Of a stretch of DNA of 64,000 bases, positions 9,880-24,800 are shown in pieces. The position numbers and the translations under genes were made by a program. Every line of letters starts with the position of its first letter. Position 1 is the stretch's first letter. The notes under the pieces are model-generated. The model ran no database searches and had not been told where the DNA came from. It saw nothing but the letters and a program-made list of their open reading frames with translations. The DNA lies in the NCBI GenBank assembly GCA_964016885.1, contig OZ024760.1, positions 34,844,001 through 34,908,000 of the forward strand, given 5' to 3'. The stretch is from Eledone cirrhosa. Lineage: Eukaryota.

Positions 9880-12800
9880 TACCACCTAGTCTGGGGTGTA
9901 GAGTCTGTCACTCCCTACCACAGCTGAGATATACCACCTAGACTGGGGTGTAGGGTCTGTCACTCCCTACCACAGCTGTGATATACCAGCTAGACTGTGG
10001 TGTAGAGTCTGTCACTCCCTACCACAGCTGTGATATACCACCTACGCTGTGGTGTAGAGTCTGTCACTCCCTACCACAGCTGAGGTATACCACCTACAAT
10101 GGGGTGTAGAGTCTAACCACTCCCTACCACAGCTGAGATATACCACCTAGACAGGGGTGTAGAGTCTTTCACTCCCTACCACAGCTGTGATATACCACCT
10201 AGACTGGGGTGTAGAGTCTGTCACTCCCTACCACAGCTGTGATATACCAGCTACACTGGGGTGTCACTCCCTACCACACCTGTGATATACCATTTAGACT
10301 GGGGTGTAGAGTCTGTCACACCCTACCACAGCTGAGGTATACCACCTACAATGGGGTGTAGAGTCTAACCACTCCCTACCACAGCTGAGATATACCACCT
10401 AGACAGGGGTGTAGAGTCTTTCACTCCCTACCACAGCTGTGATATACCACCTAGACTGGGGTGTAGAGTCTGTCACTCCCTACCACAGCTGTGATATACC
10501 AGCTACACTGGGGTGTCACTCCCTACCACACCTGTGATATACCATTTAGACTGGGGTGTAGAGTCTGTCACACCCTACCACAGCTGAGGTATACCACCTA
10601 CACTAGGGTGTAGAGCCTAACCACTCCCTAACACAGCTGAGATATACCACCTAGACAGGGGTGTAGAGTGTACCACTCCCTACCACAGCTGAGGTATACC
10701 ACCTAGACTGGGGTGTAGAGTCTGTCACTTCTTTCTGCGGCTGAGATATACCAGCTAGATTGGAATGTAGAGTCTGTCACTCCCTACCACAGCTGAGATA
10801 TACCACCTAGACTGGGGTGTAGAGTCTATCACTCCCTCCCACAACTGAGATACACCACCTTGACTGAGGTGTAGAGTCTGTCACTCCCTAGCACAGCTGA
10901 GATATACCACCTAGACTGGGGTTTAGAGTCATCACTCCTTACCACAGCTGAGATGTAGCACCTAGGCTGGGTTGTAGAGTCTGCCACTCCATACCACAGC
11001 TGAGGTATACCACCTAGACTGGGGTGTAGAATCTACCACTCCCTACCACAGCTGAGGTATACCATCTAGACTGGGGTGTATAGTCTGTCAACCCCAGCTG
11101 AGATAGACGACCTAGACTGGGGTGTAGAGTCTGTCACTCCCTACCACAGCTGAGATATACCACCTAGACTGGACTGTAGTGTCTTTCTCTATCAGCTGAG
11201 ATATAGCACCTCGGCTGGGTTGTAGAGTCTGACACTCCCTTCCACAGCTGAGATATACCACCTAGGCTGGGTTGTAGAGTCTGACACTCCCTTCCACAGC
11301 TGAGATATACCACCTAGACTGGGGTGTAGAGTCTGTCACTCCCAGCTGAGATATACCAGCCAGACTGGGGTGTAGAGTCTGTCACTCCCTACCACAGCTG
11401 TGATATACCACCTAGACTGGGGTGTAGAGTCTGTCACTCCCAGCTGAGATATACCAGCCCGACTGGGTTGTAGAGTCTATCACTCCGTACCAGAGCTGTG
11501 ATATACCACCTAGACTGGGGTGTAGAGTCTGTCACTCCCTACCACAGCTGTGATATACCACCTAGACTGGGGTGTAGAGTCTGTTACTCCCAGCTGAGAT
11601 ATACCATCCAGACTGGGGTGTAGAGTCTGTCAGCCCCTACTACAGCTTGGATATACCACCTAGACTGGGGTGTAGAATCAGTCACGCTCAGCTGAGATAT
11701 GCCATCCAGCCTGTGGGGTAGAGTCTATCAGCCCCTACTACAGCTCGGATATACCACCTAGACCTAGACTGGGGTGTAGAGTCTGTCACTCCCTACCACA
11801 GCTCAGATATACCACCTAGACGGGTGTAGAGTCTGTCAATCCCTACCACAGCTGAGGTATACCACCTAGACTGCGGTGTAGAATCTACCACTCCCTATCA
11901 CATCTGAGATATTCCACCTAGACTGAGGTGTAGAGTCTGCCACTCCCTACCACAGCTGAGGTATTCCACCTAGACTGGGCTGTAGTGTCTTTCACTCCCA
12001 GCTGAGATATAGCACCTAGGCTGGGTTGTAGAGTCTGACACTCCCTTCCACAGCTGAGATATACCACCTAGACTGGGGTGTAGAGTCTACCACTCCGTAC
12101 TGCAGCTGTGATATATCACCTAGACTGGGGTGTAGAGTCTGTCACTCCCAGCTGAGATATGCCATCCAGCCTGTGGTGTAGAGTCTATCAGCCCCTACTA
12201 CAGCTCGGATATACCACCTAGACCTAGACTGGGGTGTAGAGTCTGTCACTCCCTACCACAGCTAAGATATACCACCTAGACGGGTGTAGAGTCCGTCACT
12301 CCCTACCACAGCTGAGATATACCTCCTAGACTGGGTTGGAGAATCTGTCACTCCCTACCACAGCTGTGATATACCACCTAGACTGGGTTGTAGAGTCTGT
12401 CACTCCCTACCACAGCTGTGATATACCTCCTAGACTGGGGTGTAGAATCTGTCACTCCCTACCTCAGCTGTAATATACCACCTAGACTGGGTTGTAGAGT
12501 CTGTCACTCCCTACGACAGCTGTGATATACCTCCTAGACTGGGGTGTAGAATCTGTCACTCCCTACCTCAGCTGTAATATACCACCTAGACTGGGGTGTA
12601 GAGTCTGTCACTCCCTACCACAGCTCAGATATACCACCTAGACTGGGCTGTAGGGTCTGTCACTCCCTACCACAGCTGAGGTATACCACCTAGAATGGGG
12701 TGTAGAGTCTGTCACCTTCACCTGGGATATACGACCTAGACTGGGGTGTAGAGTCTTTCACTCCCTACCACAGTTGTGATATACCACCTAGACTGGGGTG

Positions 12801-15800
12801 TGGAGTCTGTCAGATCTCTACTAAAGCTGGGATATACCACATAGACTGGGGTGTAGAGTCTGTCACTCCCTACCACAGCTGAGATATACCACCTAGACTG
12901 GGGTGTAGGGTCTGTCACTCCCTACCACAGCTGTGATATACCACCTAGACTGTGGTGTAGAGTCTGTCACTCCCTACCACAGCTGTGATATACCACCTAC
13001 ACTGGGGTGTCACTCCCTACCACACCTGTGATATACCATTTAGACTGGGGTGTAGAGTCTGTCACACCCTACCACATTTGAGATATACCACCTACACTAG
13101 GGTGTAGAGCCTAACCACTCCCTACCACAGCTGAGATATACCACCTAGACAGGGGTGTAGAGTGTACCACTCCCTACCACAGCTGTGATATACCACCTAC
13201 ACTGGGGTGTCACTCCCTACCACACCTGTGATATACCATTTAGACTGGGGTGTAGAGTCTGTCACACCCTACCACAGCTGAGGTATACCACCTACACTAG
13301 GGTGTAGAGCCTAACCACTCCCTACCACAGTTGAGATATACCACCTAGACTGGGTGTAGAGTCTGTCACTCCCTACCACAGCTAAGATATACCACCTAGA
13401 CGGGTGTAGAGTCCGTCACTCCCTACCACAGCTGAGATATACCTCCTAGACTGGGTTGGAGAATCTTTTACTCCCTACCACAGCTGAGATATTCCACGTA
13501 GACAGCGGTGTAGAGTCTACCACTCCCTACCACAGCTTAGGTATACCACCTAGGCTGGGTTGTAGAGTCTGACACTCCCTTCCACAGCTGAGATATACCA
13601 CCTAGGCTGGGTTGTAGAGTCTGACACTCCCTACCACAGCTGAGGTATACCACTTAGACTGGGGTGTAGAGTCTGTCACCCCCAGCTGAGATCGACGACC
13701 TACACTGGGGTGTAAATCTGTGATTCCCTACCACAGCTGAGATATACCACCTAGACTGCGGTGTAGAGTCTGTCACTCCCTATTACAGCTGAGGTATACC
13801 ACCTGGACTGCGGTGTAGAATCTACCACTCCCTACCACATCTGAGATATTCCACCTAGACTGAGGTGTAGAGTCTACCACTCCCTACCACAGCTGAGGTA
13901 TACCACCTAGACTGGGCTGTAGTGTCTTTCACTCCCAGGTGAGATATAGCACCTTGGCTGGGTTGTAGAGTCTGACACTCCCTTCCACAGCTGAGATATA
14001 CCACCTAGACTGGGGAGTAGAATTTGTCACTCCCTACCACAGCTGTAATATACCACCTAGACTGTGTTGTAGAGTCTGTCACTCCCTACCACAGCTGTGA
14101 TATACCACCTAGAATGGGGTGTAGAATCTGTCACTTTCTACCACAGCTGACATATACCATCTGGACTGGGGCTTAGAGTCTGTCACTCTCTACCACAGCT
14201 GAGATATACCACCTAGACTGGGGTGTAAAGTCTGTGATTCCCTACCACAGCTGAGATATACCAGCTAGACTGGGGTGTAGTATCTGTCATTCCCTGCCAC
14301 AGCTGCTATATACCCCCTAGACTAGGGTGTAGAGTCTGTCACTCCCTACCACAGCTGAGATATACCACCTAGACTGGGGTGTAGAGTCTGTCACTCCCTA
14401 CCACAGCTGTGATATACCACCTAGACTGGGGTGTAGAGTCTGTCACTCCCTACCACAGCTGTGATATACCACCTAGACTGGGGTGTAGACTCTACCACTC
14501 CCTACCACAGCTGTGATATATCACCTAGACTGGGGTGTAGAGTCTGTCACTCCCAGCTGAGATATACCATCCTGACTGGGGTGTAGAGTCTGTCACTCCC
14601 TACCACAGCTGTGATATACCACCTAGACTGGGGTGTAGAGTGTGTCACTCCCTACCACAGCTGTGATATACCACCTAGACGGGTGTAGAGTCTGTCACTC
14701 CCTACCACAGCTGAGATACTCCACCTAGACTGGGGTGTAGAATCTGTCACTCTACCACAGCTGAGATACTCCACCTACACTGGGGTGTAGAATTTGTCAC
14801 TCCCTACCACTGCAGTGATATACCACCTAGACTGGGGTGTAGAGTCTGTCACTCCCTACCACAGCTGTGATATACCTCCTAGACTGGGGTGTAGAATCTG
14901 TCACTCCCTACCTCAGCTGTGATATATCACCTAGACAGGGGTGTAGAGTCTGTCACTCCCTACCACAGCTGAGGTATACCACCTAGACTGTGGTATAGAA
15001 TCTTCCACTCCCTACCACAGCTGAGATATTCCACCTAGACTGAGGTGTAGAGTCTGCCACTCCCTACTACAGCTGAGATATACCACCTAGACTGGGCTGA
15101 AGTGTCTTTCACTCCCAGCTGAGATATAGCACCTAGGCTGGTTTGTAGAGTCTGACACTCCCTTCCACATATGAGATATACCACCTAGACTGGGGAGTAA
15201 TTTGTCACTCCCTACCACAGCTGTTATATACCACCTAGACTGGAGTGTAGTGTCTCTCACTCCCTACCACAGCTGTGATATACCACCTAGACTGGGGTGT
15301 AGAGTCTGTCAGCCCCTACTACAGCTTGGATATACCACCTAGACTGGGGTGTAGAATCTGTCACTCCCTACCACAGCTGAGATATACTACCTAGACTTGG
15401 GTGTAGAGTCTGTCACTCCCTATCACTGCTGAGATACTCCACCTAGACTGGGGGTGTAGAATCTGTCACTCCCTACCACAGCAGTCATACACCACCTAGA
15501 CTCGGATGTAGAGTCGGTCACTTCCTACCACAGCTGACATATACCATCTGGACTGGGGCTTAGAGTCTGTCACTATCTACCACAGCTGAGATATACCACC
15601 TAGACTGTGTTGTAAAGTCTATCACTCCCTTCCACAGCTGAGGTATACTACCTAGACTGGGGTGTAGAATCTACCACTCCCTACCACAGCTAAGGTATAC
15701 CACCTAGACTGGGCTGTAGTGTCTTTCACTACCAGCTGAGATATAGCACCTAGGCTGGGTTGTAGAGTCTGACATTCCCTTCCACAGCTGAGATATACCA

Positions 15801-18800
15801 CCTAGACTGGGGAGTAGACTCTGTCCCTCCCTACCACAACTGTGATATACCACCTAGACTGGGGAGGAGAATCTACTACTCCCTTCCACAGCTGAGATAT
15901 ACCACCTAGACTGGGGTGTAGAGTCTGTCACTCACTACCACAGCTGAGATACTCCACCTAGACTGGGGTGTAGAATCTACCACTCCCTACCACAGCTGAG
16001 ATATTCCGCCTAGACTGAAGTGTAGAGTCTATCACTCCCTACCACAGCTAAGGTATACTACCTAGACTGGGCTGTAGTGTCTTTCACTCCCAGCTGAGAT
16101 ATAGCACCTAGGCTGGGTTGTAGAGTCTGTCACTCCCAGCTGAGATATACCATCCAGCCTGTGGTGTAGAGTCTTTCAGCCGCTACTACAGCTTGCATAT
16201 ACCACCTAGACTGGGGTGTAGAGTCTGTCACTCCCTCCACACCTGTGATATACCACCTAGACTGGGGTGTAGAGTCTACCACTCCATACCACAGCTGTAA
16301 TATACCACCTAGACTGTGTTGTAGAGTCTGTCACTCCCTACCACAGCTGTGATATACCACCTAGAATGGGGTGTAGAATCTGTCACTTTCTACCACAGCT
16401 GACATATACCATCTGGACTGGGGCTTAGAGTCTGTCACTCTCTACCACAGCTGAGATATACCACCTAGACTGGGGTGTAAAGTCTGTGATTCCCTACCAC
16501 AGCTGAGATATACCAGCTAGACTGGGGTGTAGTATCTGTCATTCCCTGCCACAGCTGCTATATACCCCCTAGACTGGGGTGTAGAGTCTGTCACTCCCTA
16601 CCACAGCTGAGATATACCACCTAGACTGGGGTGTAGAGTCTGTCACTCCCTACCACAGCTGTGATATACCACCTAGACTGGGGTGTAGAGTCTGTCACTC
16701 CCTACCACAGCTGTGATATACCACCTAGACTGGGGTGTAGACTCTACCACTCCCTACCACAGCTGTGATATATCACCTAGACTGGGGTGTAGAGTCTGTC
16801 ACTCCCAGCTGAGATATACCATCCAGACTGGGGTGTAGAGTCTGTCACTCCCTACCACAGCTGTGATATACCACCTAGACTGGGGTGTAGAGTGTGTCAC
16901 TCCCTACCACAGCTGTGATATACCACCTAGACGGGTGTAGAGTCTGTCACTCCCTACCACAGCTGAGATACTCCACCTAGACTGGGGTGTAGAATCTGTC
17001 ACTCTACCACAGCTGAGATACTCCACCTACACTGGGGTGTAGAATTTGTCACTCCCTACCACTGCAGTGATATACCACCTAGACTGGGGTGTAGAGTCTG
17101 TCACTCCCTACCACAGCTGTGATATACCTCCTAGACTGAGGTGTAGAATCTGTCACTCCCTACCTCAGCTGTGATATATCACCTAGACAGGGGTGTAGAG
17201 TCTGTCACTCCCTACCACAGCTGAGGTATACCACCTAGACTGTGGTATAGAATCTTCCACTCCCTACCACAGCTGAGATATTCCACCTAGACTGAGGTGT
17301 AGAGTCTGCCACTCCCTACCACAGCTGAGATATACCACCTAGACTGGGCTGAAGTGTCTTTCACTCCCAGCTGAGATATAGCACCTAGGCTGGTTTGTAG
17401 AGTCTGACACTCCCTTCCACATATGAGATATACCACCTAGACTGGGGAGTAATTTGTCACTCCCTACCACAGCTGTTATATACCACCTAGACTGGAGTGT
17501 AGTGTCTCTCACTCCCTACCACAGCTGTGATATACCACCTAGACTGGGGTGTAGAGTCTGTCAGCCCCTACTACAGCTTGGATATACCACCTAGACTGGG
17601 GTGTAGAATCTGTCACTCCCTACCACAGCTGGGATATACCACCTAGACTGGGGTGTAGAGTCTGTCACTCCCTACCACAGCTGAGATATACCACCTAGAC
17701 TGGGGTGTAGGGTCTGTCACTCCCTACCACAGCTGTGATATACCACCTAGACTGTGGTGTAGAGTCTGTCACTCCCTACCACAGCTGTGATATACCACCT
17801 ACGCTGTGGTGTAGAGTCTGTCACTCCCTACCACACCTCTGATATACCATTTAGACTGGGGTGTAGAGTCTGTCACACCCTACCACAGCTGAGGTATACC
17901 ACCTACAATGGTGTGTAGAGTCTAACCACTCCCTACCACAGCTGAGATATACCACCTAGACAGGGGTGTAGAGTGTACCACTCCCTACCACAACTGAGGT
18001 ATACCACCTAGACTGGGATGTAGAGTCTTTCACTCCCTACCACAGCTGTGATATACCACCTAGACTGGGGTGTAGAGTCTGTCACTCCCTACCACAGCTG
18101 TGATATACCAGCTACACTGGGGTGTCACTCCCTACCACACCTGTGATATACCATTTAGACTGGGGTGTAGAGTCTGTCACACCCTACCACAGCTGAGGTA
18201 TACCACCTACACTAGGGTGTAGAGCCTAACCACTCCCTAACACAGCTGAGATATACCACCTAGACAGGGGTGTAGAGTGTACCACTCCCTACCACAGCTG
18301 AGGTATACCACCTAGACTGGGGTGTAGAGTCTGTCACTTCTTTCTGCGGCTGAGATATACCAGCTAGATTGGAATGTAGAGTCTGTCACTCCCTACCACA
18401 GCTGAGATATACCACCTAGACTGGGGTGTAGAGTCTATCACTCCCTCCCACAACTGAGATACACCACCTTGACTGAGGTGTAGAGTCTGTCACTCCCTAG
18501 CACAGCTGAGATATACCACCTAGACTGGGGTTTAGAGTCATCACTCCTTACCACAGCTGAGATGTAGCACCTAGGCTGGGTTGTAGAGTCTGCCACTCCA
18601 TACCACAGCTGAGGTATACCACCTAGACTGGAGTGTAGAATCTACCACTCCCTACCACAGCTGAGGTATACCATCTAGACTGGGGTGTATAGTCTGTCAA
18701 CCCCAGCTGAGATAGACGACCTAGACTGGGGTGTAGAGTCTGTCACTCCCTACCACAGCTGAGATATACCACCTAGACTGGACTGTAGTGTCTTTCTCTA

Positions 18801-21800
18801 TCAGCTGAGATATAGCACCTCGGCTGGGTTGTAGAGTCTGACACTCCCTTCCACAGCTGAGATATACCACCTAGGCTGGGTTGTAGAGTCTGACACTCCC
18901 TTCCACAGCTGAGATATACCACCTAGGCTGGGTTGTAGAGTCTGACACTCCCTTCCACAGCTGAGATATACCACCTAGACTGGGGTGTAGAGTCTGTCAC
19001 TCCCAGCTGAGATATACCAGCCAGACTGGGGTGTAGAGTCTGTCACTCCCTACCACAGCTGTGATATACCACCTAGACTGGGGTGTAGAGTCTGTCACTC
19101 CCAGCTGAGATATACCAGCCCGACTGGGTTGTAGAGTCTATCACTCCCTACCAGAGCTGTGATATACCACCTAGACTGGGGTGTAGAGTCTGTCACTCCC
19201 TACCACAGCTGTGATATACCACCTAGACTGGGGTGTAGAGTCTGTTACTCCCAGCTGAGATATACCATCCAGACTGGGGTGTAGAGTCTGTCAGCCCCTA
19301 CTACAGCTTGGATATACCACCTAGACTGGGGTGTAGAATCAGTCACTCTCAGCTGAGATATGCCATCCAGCCTGTGGGGTAGAGTATATCATCCCCTACT
19401 ACAGCTCGGATATACCACCTAGACCTAGACTGGGGTGTAGAGTCTGTCACTCCCTACCACAGCTCAGATATACCACCTAGACGGGTGTAGAGTCTGTCAC
19501 TCCCTACCACAGCTGAGGTATACCACCTAGACTGCGGTGTAGAATCTACCACTCCCTATCACATCTGAGATATTCCACCTAGACTGAGGTGTAGAGTCTG
19601 CCACTCCCTACCACAGCTGAGGTATTCCACCTAGACTGGGCTGTAGTGTCTTTCACTCCCAGCTGAGATATAGCACCTAGGCTGGGTTGTAGAGTCTGAC
19701 ACTCCCTTCCACAGCTGAGATATACCACCTAGACTGGGGTGTAGAGTCTACCACTCCGTACTGCAGCTGTGATATATCACCTAGACTGGGGTGTAGAGTC
19801 TGTCACTCCCAGCTGAGATATGCCATCCAGCCTGTGGTGTAGAGTCTATCAGCCCCTACTACAGCTCGGATATACCACCTAGACCTAGACTGGGGTGTAG
19901 AGTCTGTCACTCCCTACCACAGCTAAGATATACCACCTAGACGGGTGTAGAGTCCGTCACTCCCTACCACAGCTGAGATATACCTCCTAGACTGGGTTGG
20001 AGAATCTGTCACTCCCTACCACAGCTGTGATATACCACCTAGACTGGGTTGTAGAGTCTGTCACTCCCTACCACAGCTGTGATATACCTCCTAGACTGGG
20101 GTGTAGAATCTGTCACTCCCTACCTCAGCTGTAATATACCACCTAGACTGGGTTGTAGAGTCTGTCACTCCCTACGACAGCTGTGATATACCTCCTAGAC
20201 TGGGGTGTAGAATCTGTCACTCCCTACCTCAGCTGTAATATACCACCTAGACTGGGGTGTAGAGTCTGTCACTCCCTACCACAGCTCAGATATACCACCT
20301 AGACTGGGCTGTAGGGTCTGTCACTCCCTACCACAGCTGAGGTATACCACCTAGAATGGGGTGTAGAGTCTGTCACCCCCACCTGGGATATACGACCTAG
20401 ACTGGGGTGTAGAGTCTTTCACTCCCTACCACAGTTGTGATATACCACCTAGACTGGGGTGTGGAGTCTGTCAGATCTCTACTAAAGCTGGGATATACCA
20501 CATAGACTGGGGTGTAGAGTCTGTCACTCCCTACCACAGCTGAGATATACCACCTAGACTGGGGTGTAGGGTCTGTCACTCCCTACCACAGCTGTGATAT
20601 ACCACCTAGACTGTGGTGTAGAGTCTGTCACTCCCTACCACAGCTGTGATATACCACCTACACTGGGGTGTCACTCCCTACCACACCTGTGATATACCAT
20701 TTAGACTGGGGTGTAGAGTCTGTCACACCCTACCACATTTGAGATATACCACCTACACTAGGGTGTAGAGCCTAACCACTCCCTACCACAGCTGAGATAT
20801 ACCACCTAGACAGGGGTGTAGAGTGTACCACTCCCTACCACAGCTGTGATATACCACCTACACTGGGGTGTCACTCCCTACCACACCTGTGATATACCAT
20901 TTAGACTGGGGTGTAGAGTCTGTCACACCCTACCACAGCTGAGGTATACCACCTACACTAGGGTGTAGAGCCTAACCACTCCCTACCACAGTTGAGATAT
21001 ACCACCTAGACTGGGTGTAGAGTCTGTCACTCCCTACCACAGCTAAGATATACCACCTAGACGGGTGTAGAGTCCGTCACTCCCTACCACAGCTGAGATA
21101 TACCTCCTAGACTGGGTTGGAGAATCTTTTACTCCCTACCAGAGCTGAGATATTCCACGTAGACAGCGGTGTAGAGTCTACCACTCCCTACCACAGCTTA
21201 GGTATACCACCTAGGCTGGGTTGTAGAGTCTGACACTCCCTTCCACAGCTGAGATATACCACCTAGGCTGGGTTGTAGAGTCTGACACTCCCTACCACAG
21301 CTGAGGTATACCACTTAGACTGGGGTGTAGAGTCAGTCACCCCCAGCTGAGATCGACGACCTACACTGGGGTGTAAATCTGTGATTCCCTACCACAGCTG
21401 AGATATACCACCTAGACTGGGGTGTAGAGTCTGTCACTCCCTACCACAGCTAAGATATACCACCTAGACGGGTGTAGAGTCCGTCACTCCCTACCACAGC
21501 TGAGATATTCCACCTAGACTGAGGTGTAGAGTCTACCACTCCCTACCACAGCTGAGGTATACCACCTAGACTGGGCTGTAGTGTCTTTCACTCCCAGGTG
21601 AGATATAGCACCTTGGCTGGGTTGTAGAGTCTGACACTCCCTTCCACAGCTGAGATATACCACCTAGACTGGGGAGTAGAATTTGTCACTCCCTACCACA
21701 GCTGTAATATACCACCTAGACTGTGTTGTAGAGTCTGTCACTCCCTACCACAGCTGTGATATACCACCTAGAATGGGGTGTAGAATCTGTCACTTTCTAC

Positions 21801-24800
21801 CACAGCTGACATATACCATCTGGACTGGGGCTTAGAGTCTGTCACTCTCTACCACAGCTGAGATATACCACCTAGACTGGGGTGTAAAGTCTGTGATTCC
21901 CTACCACAGCTGAGATATACCAGCTAGACTGGGGTGTAGTATCTGTCATTCCCTGCCACAGCTGCTATATACCCCCTAGACTAGGGTGTAGAGTCTGTCA
22001 CTCCCTACCACAGCTGAGATATACCACCTAGACTGGGGTGTAGAGTCTGTCACTCCCTACCACAGCTGTGATATACCACCTAGACTGGGGTGTAGAGTCT
22101 GTCACTCCCTACCACAGCTGTGATATACCACCTAGACTGGGGTGTAGACTCTACCACTCCCTACCACAGCTGTGATATATCACCTAGACTGGGGTGTAGA
22201 GTCTGTCACTCCCAGCTGAGATATACCATCCTGACTGGGGTGTAGAGTCTGTCACTCCCTACCACAGCTGTGATATACCACCTAGACTGGGGTGTAGAGT
22301 GTGTCACTCCCTACCACAGCTGTGATATACCACCTAGACGGGTGTAGAGTCTGTCACTCCCTACCACAGCTGAGATACTCCACCTAGACTGGGGTGTAGA
22401 ATCTGTCACTCTACCACAGCTGAGATACTCCACCTACACTGGGGTGTAGAATTTGTCACTCCCTACCACTGCAGTGATATACCACCTAGACTGGGGTGTA
22501 GAGTCTGTCACTCCCTACCACAGCTGTGATATACCTCCTAGACTGGGGTGTAGAATCTGTCACTCCCTACCTCAGCTGTGATATATCACCTAGACAGGGG
22601 TGTAGAGTCTGTCACTCCCTACCACAGCTGAGGTATACCACCTAGACTGTGGTATAGAATCTTCCACTCCCTACCACAGCTGAGATATTCCACCTAGACT
22701 GAGGTGTAGAGTCTGCCACTCCCTACTACAGCTGAGATATACCACCTAGACTGGGCTGAAGTGTCTTTCACTCCCAGCTGAGATATAGCACCTAGGCTGG
22801 TTTGTAGAGTCTGACACTCCCTTCCACATATGAGATATACCACCTAGACTGGGGAGTAATTTGTCACTCCCTACCACAGCTGTTATATACCACCTAGACT
22901 GGAGTGTAGTGTCTCTCACTCCCTACCACAGCTGTGATATACCACCTAGACTGGGGTGTAGAGTCTGTCAGCCCCTACTACAGCTTGGATATACCACCTA
23001 GACTGGGGTGTAGAATCTGTCACTCCCTACCACAGCTGAGATATACTACCTAGACTTGGGTGTAGAGTCTGTCACTCCCTATCACTGCTGAGATACTCCA
23101 CCTAGACTGGGGGTGTAGAATCTGTCACTCCCTACCACAGCAGTCATACACCACCTAGACTCGGATGTAGAGTCGGTCACTTCCTACCACAGCTGACATA
23201 TACCATCTGGACTGGGGCTTAGAGTCTGTCACTATCTACCACAGCTGAGATATACCACCTAGACTGTGTTGTAAAGTCTATCACTCCCTTCCACAGCTGA
23301 GGTATACTACCTAGACTGGGGTGTAGAATCTACCACTCCCTACCACAGCTAAGGTATACCACCTAGACTGGGCTGTAGTGTCTTTCACTACCAGCTGAGA
23401 TATAGCACCTAGGCTGGGTTGTAGAGTCTGACATTCCCTTCCACAGCTGAGATATACCACCTAGACTGGGGAGTAGACTCTGTCCCTCCCTACCACAACT
23501 GTGATATACCACCTAGACTGGGGAGGAGAATCTACTACTCCCTTCCACAGCTGAGATATACCACCTAGACTGGGGTGTAGAGTCTGTCACTCACTACCAC
23601 AGCTGAGATACTCCACCTAGACTGGGGTGTAGAATCTACCACTCCCTACCACAGCTGAGATATTCCGCCTAGACTGAAGTGTAGAGTCTATCACTCCCTA
23701 CCACAGCTAAGGTATACTACCTAGACTGGGCTGTAGTGTCTTTCACTCCCAGCTGAGATATAGCACCTAGGCTGGGTTGTAGAGTCTGTCACTCCCAGCT
23801 GAGATATACCATCCAGCCTGTGGTGTAGAGTCTTTCAGCCGCTACTACAGCTTGCATATACCACCTAGACTGGGGTGTAGAGTCTGTCACTCCCTCCACA
23901 CCTGTGATATACCACCTAGACTGGGGTGTAGAGTCTACCACTCCATACCACAGCTGTAATATACCACCTAGACTGTGTTGTAGAGTCTGTCACTCCCTAC
24001 CACAGCTGTGATATACCACCTAGAATGGGGTGTAGAATCTGTCACTTTCTACCACAGCTGACATATACCATCTGGACTGGGGCTTAGAGTCTGTCACTCT
24101 CTACCACAGCTGAGATATACCACCTAGACTGGGGTGTAAAGTCTGTGATTCCCTACCACAGCTGAGATATACCAGCTAGACTGGGGTGTAGTATCTGTCA
24201 TTCCCTGCCACAGCTGCTATATACCCCCTAGACTGGGGTGTAGAGTCTGTCACTCCCTACCACAGCTGAGATATACCACCTAGACTGGGGTGTAGAGTCT
24301 GTCACTCCCTACCACAGCTGTGATATACCACCTAGACTGGGGTGTAGAGTCTGTCACTCCCTACCACAGCTGTGATATACCACCTAGACTGGGGTGTAGA
24401 CTCTACCACTCCCTACCACAGCTGTGATATATCACCTAGACTGGGGTGTAGAGTCTGTCACTCCCAGCTGAGATATACCATCCAGACTGGGGTGTAGAGT
24501 CTGTCACTCCCTACCACAGCTGTGATATACCACCTAGACTGGGGTGTAGAGTGTGTCACTCCCTACCACAGCTGTGATATACCACCTAGACGGGTGTAGA
24601 GTCTGTCACTCCCTACCACAGCTGAGATACTCCACCTAGACTGGGGTGTAGAATCTGTCACTCTACCACAGCTGAGATACTCCACCTACACTGGGGTGTA
24701 GAATTTGTCACTCCCTACCACTGCAGTGATATACCACCTAGACTGGGGTGTAGAGTCTGTCACTCCCTACCACAGCTGTGATATACCTCCTAGACTGAGG

